A stretch of DNA of 64,000 nucleotides from Camelus dromedarius. Taxonomy: Eukaryota. A program made the translations under genes and the position numbers. Location: positions 13,454,001 to 13,518,000 of the forward strand of contig NC_087436.1 of NCBI RefSeq assembly GCF_036321535.1, in the 5' to 3' direction. Under the pieces are notes generated by a model, which searched no databases, was not told where the DNA came from, and saw only the letters and a list, made by a program, of their open reading frames with translations. Position 1 is the first letter of the stretch, and every line of letters starts with the position of its first letter. Of this stretch, positions 36,154 to 46,479 are shown piece after piece.

Positions 36154-37879
36154 AGCGTTGTATGTGATTCCTGATTGGCAACATACTAAAATGTATGTGT
36201 AGTTCCTGAGTAAACTAGTCCATTTTTTTTGCCCAATGGCCAAACATCATTTTAACCCTGCCATCTTGAAAGTAAGTGTGTTTATAAGGAAAACTGGGGA
36301 AGATAATTTGTGTAAATAAGTGTGCATTCCCTTTACTTCTATAAAAGCAAGTGATGGCACGGATCTTAGTGATTAATATTCAATAGGACCATCCTTGCCC
36401 ATAAAGGATAGTTCATTATATGTTGTAAATCAAACCTGTTTTAACTCAGTTAATTCTGGAATTAGAGTATAGACAGACGCAACATAGCAAACAGCATCCA
36501 CCTATTTCATGCCAGCATGAAGGTCCTTATAGGAGGTCCTCTGGGCACACACTCTGTAAACAGAAGGAGCATCACTCATATGAGTGGGACAGACATCTTC
36601 TGACACTGTCTCCTTCCAAAACTACACCCACCTGAGAGTGAACACATTGTTCTCCCAGAAAATGTAAACCCATGAAGCAACAAACCCTGAGCCATGACTC
36701 AACCTCCCCTAACCTCCCTCGTCCATCACCCTCATGGTAGGCAGAACTGAGCCTTCCAAGCCTCTCCAAGAACCAGAAAGTGCTGGTTCCCAAAGTACAT
36801 TCTTCTCTGCACAAAGGGATATTGGAAATACATGAATGGGAAAAAATGGCTCAGAAAAATAAGAGCTCACCCTTCTCAAATTCTAACCACGCCATTTTTG
36901 AGGTTAGAAGAAAATCTCTGTTGCTTTTTCTTTTTTCCTTGCAAATCTAAAATTCCTCTTTTCAACCAAGTTGATATGGGAAGTATCATATTGGGAAATA
37001 TGAGAGAAACAGCTTCTGAGTTGTGGCCAACCAGTCCAAATGCCAGAAGATATTACCATCAAATTTCTAGGCTGGGAGAAATCTGCACAGTGAGGTGCTT
37101 ACCCAGACCCATCTTAATCATGATAGGTATAATTCAGTCACTATGCAAGCAGGGCCACTTATGAACTGGTAAGAAGCTGGAAAGAAAACAGTGCAGAAGA
37201 ATTCATTCAGGAAATTCAATGTAGTTTGACTACTATATTCAAAGGTAATTATTACTATGACATAGATCTACATTTGTTGACCTATGGAAAGTTGTTACAA
37301 ACAGTATATCATTTGATTGCATTTTTATAAAGCTTTGTGTAGATGTATTTTCTCTTAAGTTAGAAAAATGTAGCTATGTCTGTCATTTTTGTAGATCTGG
37401 GCAGTGAAATTAAAAGATTTCCACTTTCCTCTTTATAATTTTCTGTGTTGCCAGAATTTTTTACATGCATTACTTTTACAAACAACAAGCATGGTGGTGG
37501 GGGAACAATCCATGGGTAAAAATGAAAGTTTCATATTAACTCAATTTAATTTTCAATTCATTCCTCCAGTCTTCTATCCAGTTGTGTGCGGTTGATTTGG
37601 GAGATGCAACGGTGCAGGATACGTCACTTACCTAGTGGTTAATGAGAATTTACCATGTATCTATTACAGTTGAGGGTTTTTAGACACAGAATATTCTCCT
37701 CTGAAAGTAAATTCATAAACTGGCAGAATGCAATCTCCTTTTGTTAGTTTAAGCTGGTCTTATTCAAAGGCAAGGAACATCTGTTCCTCTCAAGATCTTT
37801 ACTGGAGGTTTTTCTGATGGTCTGCTTTCTAATGAGGCTTATGACTATACTCTATCACAATTCAAAAAGCAACCAATTC

Positions 37880-38072
37880 GGGGGAACGGTCTGGCTCAGT
37901 GGTAGAGTGCATGCTTAGCAGGCACGTGGTCCTGGATTCAATCCCCAGGACCTCCATAAAAATAAACAAACAAACAAACAAATAAATAAATAAACCTAAT
38001 TACCTCCCCCCGAAAAAAGTTTAAATTTTTTTAATTTAAAAAAAAAAAAACAATAAAAAACCAAAGAAAAGA
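37880..38072 (+). mobile_element. Vic-1-like SINE
   Basis: tggctcagtggtagagtgcatgcttagca...ggattcaatcccc, (AAAC)/(AAAT) linker, aacctaattacctcccc and A tail. Confidence 0.92.
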
Positions 38073-38356
38073 AGGTAACTAAGGTTCTCGGACATGAACT
38101 GCATGCAAATGCATCATTAGCCTTGGCCTTGTTTTTCCTTTCCCCAGAAGCACATATTTCACTTTAGGAGGCTCTTCAGAGCCGTCACAACCCTTTATCC
38201 AAATGTAATGGGGAGAAGTCTTTATCCTCAGAAATATGCTAAATGCAGGGAAGTGAAAATTTTACTTTTACCTACAAATACTAAAGTACAAACCCTTTAA
38301 AGGTGGAGACCTTTTGATTATTCCCACCATGCGGGGTAGAGGCCCAATAATCTTTT

Positions 38357-38532
38357 TTTTTTTTTAATTGAAGTATAGTCAGTTACGATGTGTCAATGTC
38401 TGGTGCGCAGCATAATGTTTCGGTCCTACATATACAAACCTATCATTGTTTTCATCTTCTTCTTTATGATAGGTATTGAATATAGTTCCCTTAATTACGT
38501 GCTCTCCGCACCAAAAAAGACAGAAATTTCTT
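38357..38532 (-). mobile_element. Short young L1 3' end with a 14-bp TSD and a 42-bp extra 5' segment
   Basis: TSD cccaataatctttt at 38343-38356 and 38533-38546; L1 3' UTR sequence runs to ~38490. Confidence 0.88.
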
Positions 38533-40929
38533 CCCAATAATCTTTTGACTGGATGGATGGAATTAAATCCCAAGAAACTTGAGGAATGCCTTAAGGCATT
38601 GGTCTATAAATTACATCACCTACAGTTAAAGAGAAGAGCAGGACAGAATAGTTGTCCTGTCTGTGCTGACATGGTAACATACCATGGAAAAAATTCAGTG
38701 ACTACTTGTCCAAGTCTTTCAGAGACCATGAGAATATCCTAGGGAATAATACACTCTTTCACATAAAATAAAAAATTCCAAATGAAAGAAACATGGTTTG
38801 AGACAGAGTACAAGCAAGTTTGACAACCTCCCCACCTCCGCAAATTTTACCACCACCACACCCAGCTGCTCTGAATGGAATGATAATTAGCATAAGAAGT
38901 AAAAGTTTCAACTTAATAATACCAAATAGCGTTAAAAACATGTTATCAAGATTTAAGAAAACAATTGATAAAAGAAGACATCAGATAATCTTGCTCAAGT
39001 TGAAGCGATAATCCAGACAAACTTGGGCATGGAAAGCGTGCCCAAGCTTTCCTAGCACAAATAATAATAAATTAACTGTGCTCATAAAAGCACTCTTTGC
39101 TTTCTTCCAGGGCAGAACTTGTTATAAATTTCTTTAATTAATTAAGATTTCAAGGAAACTAAGGGAAAACAGCAAAGCTCTGGACAACATGGTCAAGATG
39201 ATCACCAAACACTTCACAGACTGGCCATCTCCCAGAAACCCAATTTAACATTTGGAAGTGTTATTTCTCTGTAATATTTCACTCCCCATTGAACCACTGG
39301 AGATTTACAAGCTATTAAGAAATATTTGGCATGCTAATGAAACTTTGTTGACATCTAGTGCCAGTGAATTCAGTCATCGTGCTGAGTGTGGATATGCTGG
39401 AATTTCTAGTTTGAAACAGTATAACCTGGTTACACTATAGTTTGACTAGTATAACCTGGAATCTAGTTTGAAATTCCAGGTTATACTATTAGCCTAAGTC
39501 AACCAGAAACAAATGCTTTTTTTCTAATTTACAGATCTATTTGTTGCTGGGAATACCTCTGACTTACTGAAGCTGAGGATGTCATAAAAGAATGAATCAC
39601 TTTAACAAAGCTGACAAACGTGTCAGTTTGGGCAACATAAAAATCTACCACGAGAAAGACCCAAACAGACAGACAAACACACACCGCATATGGAAAGGTA
39701 TCCCTAAAAGTCAGTTCAACAAGAATGACAAAGGGCTTTTTATTCCGGGATTTGCCTCTGGAAAGATCGTACTTGTGTGCAGGAACTCAGATTCCATCTG
39801 TTGCTTTAGAACCAGCAGGCTTTATTGTATTGACTTTGTGCTCTTATCTGATGGTAATAAATTCCCACCAGAGTGAAACACCAGCTTAGCCACTGACCCC
39901 TGCTGTTCAAATCAGACAATGGAGCAGGTCTTTCTTCCCAGAGACACTCTGTGGCTTCTGGACCGCCCTCTGTGAATGGCCTTGGGATTTTGCAGTCTCT
40001 ATTCAGGATTTCCTAATGTGAGCAATTAGGAGATGCTTCATTTCAAGAGCCTCATCAGCAGTTGCAACACATCAGTGAGCAAAAACTACTGGGATCTCAG
40101 ACACAGATGGGGAAATTGGGAAGAAATGAGCAGGGGAAAGTAGAGAGAAAGTATCCACAGGGTTCTTTGCATATGAGGCATGCGCAGGAAAGATTTCTTT
40201 AAGCAAGAGTGGCGAGTGGACTAGATGTATGCAGGTGACACTAATTTCTAGTTTTTGAGCCCCTGAGACCAAGAAATTAATACTGGTCCAGCAAATTTGA
40301 GACTTTATGCTCTAAACAAGTATCTGCTGGTGAGGATACCTGCACTGAACAGAAATAGAATCTCTTTCCCAGAGGTCCATGCCACTGAATCACCCCAGGA
40401 GTTTTGTTTCTTTTTCTTTTTCTTTTTCTTTTGCTTGTTTTTGTTTTGAAGCAGAAGTAGCCAGGGCTGCAAGTAGGACATGCCATGTCCTAGCTCCATC
40501 CTTATTCCCAAAATGTCTAGGGCAAGGGAAGAAATAGAACAAGAGAAGAAACGGAAATTGGTCTCTTCCGAGACAGACAGCCTCCATAATGTGCCTCTAG
40601 CTGTTCCTGAGAGAAGCATCCTGTCAAACAGCTTTCTCAGTGCATCCCAAGTCAGCTTTGAATAAAACACTCCAGGGACTGGGGAAGAGCAAGAAAATGA
40701 TCTGTTGCACTAGTAGATTATCACTGTACGTGTAAAAAAACAATTTTTTTGCCATTTTGGAGCAACTGTTTTTCAGTCATTTTTTACTGAGCCCCAAAAG
40801 TATCCACATCCTGTGCCTGCAGACTTTTCTCAAAGAGCGGGTTCGCAGATGCCTCGGGAATGAGGGGTTCCAGTGACTTTGAGCACCACCTCCTGCCCCC
40901 AACCAGAGCTCACACAGACTCAAGCAATT

Positions 40930-41570
40930 ACGGCTCTCGCCGGGGGGGGGCTCCTTCGCGGCCAGGTGACCGGCAGGGAGGGTCCGGGAACCGCTTCTGC
41001 TTCGCCTGCAGGGAACCATCGCCCTGCGCCCTGCGCCAGGGCTCCGGCAGGGCGCCGACCACAGTCTTGGTCTCCGCCGCCCCTCCCGGCTGCTTTCTCG
41101 GCCGGCTCGCCAGGAGAAAAGGGGGCCCTGGGCCCCGCGCCGGCCTCGGCGGGGACCGGGACAGTGGGCACCGCCAGCGCCGGGCCTCCCCTACGGCTCC
41201 CGCAGCCGCCGAGTCAGAGCCTCCCTGACCCTTCGTTTGCTCTTCCAGCTCCGACCTGGGGCCGCCGGCCCCTTAAACCTTAAAAGAAGGAGATACGCGC
41301 GAGAGCTCGGGTTAGCAGTTGGTAACCTGCGCTCAGCCTTGACTTTTCTTTAAATGTGAGACAGACGCTCTGCGGTCACAAGCCGGGACCCCGGCATCGA
41401 AAATCCGCATCTGAACCCCTGGGGTCCGAGGGCCCGAGGGAAGCAGAGTGCGCGGCAGGGGAGCTGCGGGCACCTGCCCCGCGCGCGTTTGCGCCGGGCA
41501 CCTTCCTGTCCAGCCACAGTCGGTGTCCTAGCGGGTGCGGGTGCCAGGAGCGCCGAAGGCGAGAGAACAA
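40930..41570. promoter_or_regulatory. CpG island ~4.5 kb upstream of SFRP2
   Basis: Very high GC and CpG density; not a repeat. Confidence 0.8.
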
Positions 41571-42800
41571 GGTAACCCCTTCCCCGCTACACATTAAAAA
41601 AGAAAAAACCCAGCCTCACGCCCAAAGTGTAAAAAATATAAAAGATCTCAGAGCCTCCATAGAGTGAAAGAAGCTGATTTGCAACCCTAAAAGGGGCTGG
41701 GGAAACCATCTGTTTTGGGTAATGGCGCCCCCAGATGGCTGCCGCGAATCCTACGAAAGACGCTGGGGCTGGCTCACCATTCCGTCCCCGAGGAGCAGAG
41801 AAGGGCAAGGTCCACAGTCCCAGGAGGAGGAGACGTCACCCACCCGGCCGGCCTGTGCGGGGATGAAAGCCAAACAAACCACGCTGTCCTGGTCGCCCAA
41901 CAGGTCAGGATGCATCGCCACAGCCGCCCGTTGAGAAGCGTCACCCAGCCGAGGCACATGCAACACCAGTAGCTGTGCCTTACGTTGTGTGACCAGGTTC
42001 TAGTCACTTAATCCCAATGTGCCTCAGTTTCCTCGTGACCATTTATTTGCAAAACAGTAATAATCACATCCACTTGCCAGAGGTGATTTCCGGGGACCCT
42101 CGGCCAGTCTGTTAGGCGTCGTCGGCGCGGGTTGTCCTTCTCTGTGTTTCCCCGGGGCGCTCCAGGCCTGCCCTCTGAAACTGCATCCTTCCCCTCCACG
42201 AACAGTTGCAAAGGCTTACAGCCCAAGAGGCCGTACATTTTAATAGAGAGTGTCGAAAGACAAGCTTTACAATCTAAAGGAAGGGCAGGTCAGTGGTGTG
42301 GACATGCGGGGGCTACGAAGCTTGTTTCCAATTCGAGGTTGCCCGTCACCTGTGCTGGGTTAGGAGAACGGAGACGTCGGCTTATTACACGTGCCGTTCT
42401 CCCCCTTCGTGGTTGCACTCCCTCTCGGAAATGAGTCTGAACGTCTATACCCTACTATTCGTGAATGGGGTTGAGAAGCTGTTTCCCCTGCTCTCCGCCC
42501 AGGCAGCACAGACCGAGGGGTCGGCAGCCCAGGGCTTGGAGACCACCCCTGCCCCCGCCACAGTCAGAATCTCTAAGCATGAGAGTTAGGGTCCTGCCTG
42601 CCCAGAAACAGTTTGCAGCCAGCAAAGGTTTAACCAAGCAGCCGAATTGTTCTGGAGAGATTTGGCAGAAACTTTCTTTGTGCCTCAAGATTCTTCAGTG
42701 CCTTGACTACAGAAAACAAACAGACAAGCGGGGCCAAAGCCAGAACACTGGTTGCCGAGATCATCAGGCCTGCAGCATTCAGGTGGGAAGTGGTTCACTC

Positions 42801-42832
42801 CGTGTGCGCGCGCGCGCGCGTGCGTGTGTGTG
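42801..42832. repeat. Alternating purine-pyrimidine tract containing (CG)7
   Basis: cgtgtgcgcgcgcgcgcgcgtgcgtgtgtgtg. Confidence 0.9.
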
Positions 42833-43159
42833 GTGGTGGCGGGGCCTGGGGAGGGGGGCCCAACCCCAGCACCTGGGACCCATGGGACACCTCTTCAAGC
42901 AGGTAGCCTGGCTGGGTACTTCAATCCTTAGATGAGTGGGCACCCACCATTTCTTACCCTGGGTTTGGGCGAATAGTTGGTGTTCCTAAAACCGGCAAGT
43001 ACTAAATGGACTCCAGGAGAGTGGGGCTGAGTGGGTGGGTGGGGAGGTAAGGGTGGTAATTCACTCTCCATTTGTGAAAACAAAAGCCTTTGGCGGATTT
43101 TGATAAATTGCAAGGCTCAGAGGAGACCTATAGGCCCAAGGGCCAACACGGAGCGCAGG

Positions 43160-43860
43160 AGTCCGGGTTAAGGAAGGCGCCAAGGGGCTGCACCACGTGC
43201 GCGCATCTCTCTGCGATGGCACACCTACCCGAGATGGGCAGACGCGCTTGTCACCAAGCATCTGCGTCTGTGCGCTCTTCACAACGACAGCGGTACCCGC
43301 TCGCGTCCCAGCTTCGGTAAAAGGTTATTCTGCTGTTCCCTTGCCATCAGCTGGTCCCGCGGGCGCGCCTGTTGCATGCGCACGCGCTTGGCCGGGCGCC
43401 ACTAGCGGCGGAAAGGAAAGAGAGTAGGGCACGACCCGAGGTGAGAAAGGAAGACGCAGCTCAAGCAGAGTGAGGTCTAAGCCGGGTGGCGCGGGTGCGA
43501 GGAAGGGCCGCTACCCCGGAACCCGGCCGGCGGGAGCGGGACACTGGGCGCGGCCGAGATGGAACCCCTAGCGCGGCTTTCGGCGCCCCCTGGCGTCCAG
43601 CGGGGCCGCGTGGGCTCCCGAAACAGTGCCTCTGGCCGCACGGACCCAGGGACGCCTGGGCCCCCAACCTCTCCTTGGTACACTGCCGCGCACCGCCTCA
43701 AACCAACCCCACCGGCTTCCGGCTCCTTGTGCCTCGAGCTCCTTGAGCCCCGAGGGGGTCTGAGAAGCGGAGGCGACCCAGGGGAGGGCGTTGGGCCTGG
43801 GGGCGGTGGAGGTTTGAGGGCCCTCATCCCAATCCCGGGCCCAAGTCTTAGCATCTCTCA
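43160..43860. promoter_or_regulatory. CpG island ~2 kb upstream of SFRP2
   Basis: High GC and CpG density; contains a CTCF-like motif. Confidence 0.8.
43581..43599 (-). promoter_or_regulatory. CTCF-like motif
   Basis: Minus strand TGGACGCCAGGGGGCGCCG versus consensus TGGCCACCAGGGGGCGCTA. Confidence 0.6.
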
Positions 43861-44515
43861 AAGCTCAGGCTCTGATTAGCTGTTTGGTTCGATGTGCTTC
43901 CGTTTTACCGGGGGTTTATTTGCGAAGTAGTTGGTACTGGGGAGCGGGGCTTTTAAGCATCTCGGTGCTTTAGTCAAACACAAAAAGGCCCAGGACCGAT
44001 TCGGCCGAAGAGCGGCCTTTTGCTACCGGCCCCGGCTCTTTCCCCTGAAAGCCCCGGCGTCAAAGGAGAAAAGACGCAAACTGGGCTTTTAGGGACCCAG
44101 ATTACTGGGTCAGAATCAAAAGATGCTCTCCTTCCAGGAGGCGATTTCCCTGGTGTGTTCACGGCCAGGAGAGGGTAGGAGATTACACAGAGTGGGGTTT
44201 CGTCACCCCACGTTAACCCCCTCCTCTAAGCAGTGGGACCACATAGCGAGCCAGGCGACTGAGGCCCGGGGGATCGCCAAAGCCAAAGCATCTTCCGGAA
44301 GGAGGGAAATAGAGAAGCTGCGGCCGGAGCCTACGGACGGCTCGAAGTGGCCAGGAAGTAATAACAATGCGCCCACCTTACATATGAAAGAAGCCTGGCG
44401 GGCTTGCTCTCCCGGGATTCTCTCTGGATCTGCAACGCCACCCAGCCAGGGGGCCTGAGGGGGAGGAGACGATCTGCCTCAAGGGGAAATTGGGGGCGAT
44501 TAGGGGAGAGGAGCC

Positions 44516-44521
<6 letters not shown>

Positions 44522-44550
<29 letters not shown>
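44522..44550 (+). repeat. (CA)n microsatellite
   Basis: Seen directly. Confidence 0.95.
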
Positions 44551-44552
<2 letters not shown>

Positions 44553-45734
44553 TCTCTCTGCTGGCACCCTAGTCCAGGTTTACAGCTGTGAACTTACTAT
44601 TTGCAGTCCTACAGGGCACTTCAACTCCGCGAGAGCAGAAGCCGGCCTGTTTGTTCGCCTCTGTACACCCCGCACTCAGCACGGTGCCCGCTGGCGTGGG
44701 TAGAATGGAGGAGCCAATTCTGCCAAGACTTCCTCTTCTGCCTTCCACCCCCACCCCATCCCAGGCTGCCTACCTGGCGCACTTTCTGCCAGCCCCTCGT
44801 GCCCCGCACCAGCCCCTCTCTGAGAGTACACACTCCAGAGGCCCGGCGCCAGGGCCAGAGTGTGTTAGGGCCCGTGATGCCTTCGAGCGCTGAGTCATCC
44901 CATCCCATTCGTTTAAGAAGGGAGGCAGGTTTCTTCTCCCAAACCGGGAAATGGTGGGCAGTTGTGTGACACTACGAGACTCCGTAGAGTCATTTCCTCA
45001 ATAGCATAATTTTCTAGACTTACCCAACAGAATAACACCCGCAACGTTTGATTGATAGTTCATTTTTCATGCAAAAGTTTTACTCATACTACTCTATTTG
45101 TAGACATTATGATTTTTAAAAGAGCGGGCGGGAGCACGCCGTACGGGAAGGACAAGGCTGGGAACTGTGGCCGGGGATGCGAGAGGAAACCATCCAACCT
45201 CGCCGAGGCGGCCACGGGCTGGCAGGTCCCGGGCGCGAGCCAAGGGCACAAAGAGCCAGCAGGCCGGCTGCTGGCTCGCGGCTCCCGGGAACGCTGTTCT
45301 GCCCCGCAGCCCCGGGGCCCAAGCAGAGACTGAAGGCTGGAGTCAAACCAACCCCGACCCGGGCCTCCCGTGGGCGGAGCGCGTTCCCGCCCGGACCTGG
45401 CGACAAGGCCGCTCATCGCGCCCCCCGTGTCCCCCTGTCTCTCGCAGCCCGCTCGTTGTTGGGGAGCAGCTGCCAGGCTTGTCTGTTCGTTGTTTACAGC
45501 GTCCCAGAGCGCGAGCCCGGCAGCATCGGGGGCGGCGGGGCGGGGGGAAGGGGGGGCCGGGGGACGCAGCCAGAATTTCTTTCCAGGGAGTGCGTGAGGG
45601 GCATTCTCAACGCAAAACCAGATCAAGAGAGTAGTGACCAACCCTCCTCGGATTACTCTCCCCTGGCTCCTCCCTTGCTCCCCTCCCCACCTCCGGATTT
45701 GCATAAAAAAGGCCAAGAAAACTCTGGCTGGGCC

Positions 45735-45980
45735 CCAGCAGCGGCTCACTCTGCTCCCCCGGGTCGGAGCCCCCCGGAGCTGCGCGCGGGCTTGTAGCGC
45801 GGAGTCTAGCGCAGAGCGCCTCGCCCGCGTCGTCCTCCCCGCACCCGGCGTCTCGGCGCTCCCGCCGTCCCGCCGCCCGCTTTCCAGCGCAGCGAGCGGG
45901 TCCGGGACGAGCTCGGGCCCCGGCCGCCTCGTGCTTCCCCGGCTCGGCTCCCTCCGCCCCCCGGGGGTCGCGCGCCCACG
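45735..45980 (+). other. SFRP2: SFRP2 5' UTR (TSS approximate)
   Basis: Starts ~30 bp downstream of the TATA-like box; cggctcactctgctcccccgggtcggagccccccggagctg resembles the recalled human SFRP2 mRNA start; no upstream ATG. Confidence 0.7.
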
Positions 45981-46479
45981 ATGCCGCAGGGCCCCGGCTC
46001 GCTGCTGCTGCTGGTCCTCGCCTCGCACTGCTGCCTGGGCTCCGCGCGCGGGCTCTTCTTCGGCCAGTCCGACTTCTCGTACAAGCGCAGCAACTGCAAG
46101 CCCATCCCGGCCAACCTGCAGCTGTGCCACGGCATAGAGTACCAGAACATGCGGCTGCCCAACCTGCTGGGCCACGAGACCATGAAGGAGGTGCTGGAGC
46201 AGGCGGGCGCCTGGATCCCGCTGGTCATGAAGCAGTGCCACCCGGACACCAAGAAGTTCCTGTGCTCGCTCTTCGCCCCCGTCTGCCTCGATGACCTGGA
46301 CGAAACCATCCAGCCATGCCACTCGCTCTGCGTGCAGGTGAAGGACCGCTGCGCTCCAGTCATGTCCGCCTTCGGCTTCCCCTGGCCCGACATGCTCGAG
46401 TGCGACCGTTTCCCCCAGGACAACGACCTCTGCATCCCCCTCGCTAGCAGCGATCACCTCCTGCCGGCCACCGAGGAAG
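45981..46479 (+). CDS. SFRP2: Secreted frizzled-related protein 2, coding exon 1 (signal peptide and frizzled CRD)
   Basis: MPQGPGSLLLLVLASHCCLGSARG...CKPIPANLQLCHGIEYQNMRLPNLLGHET...ATEE; donor AG|gtaagc at 46480; 499 nt, phase 1. Confidence 0.99.

Noticed and set aside
39022..39046. Short hairpin cttgggcatg-gaaag-cgtgcccaag
   Set aside because: A 10-bp stem with a G-T pair, too short for a pre-miRNA and within chance expectation.
40777..44969. Many overlapping 70-156 aa ORFs in the upstream CpG islands
   Set aside because: Expected in GC-rich DNA; Pro/Arg/Gly/Ala-rich with no splice or domain support.
45084..46457. 457-aa minus-strand ORF antisense to SFRP2 exon 1
   Set aside because: A shadow of GC-rich coding sequence and CpG island with few stops; non-ATG start, low-complexity product and no recognisable domain.
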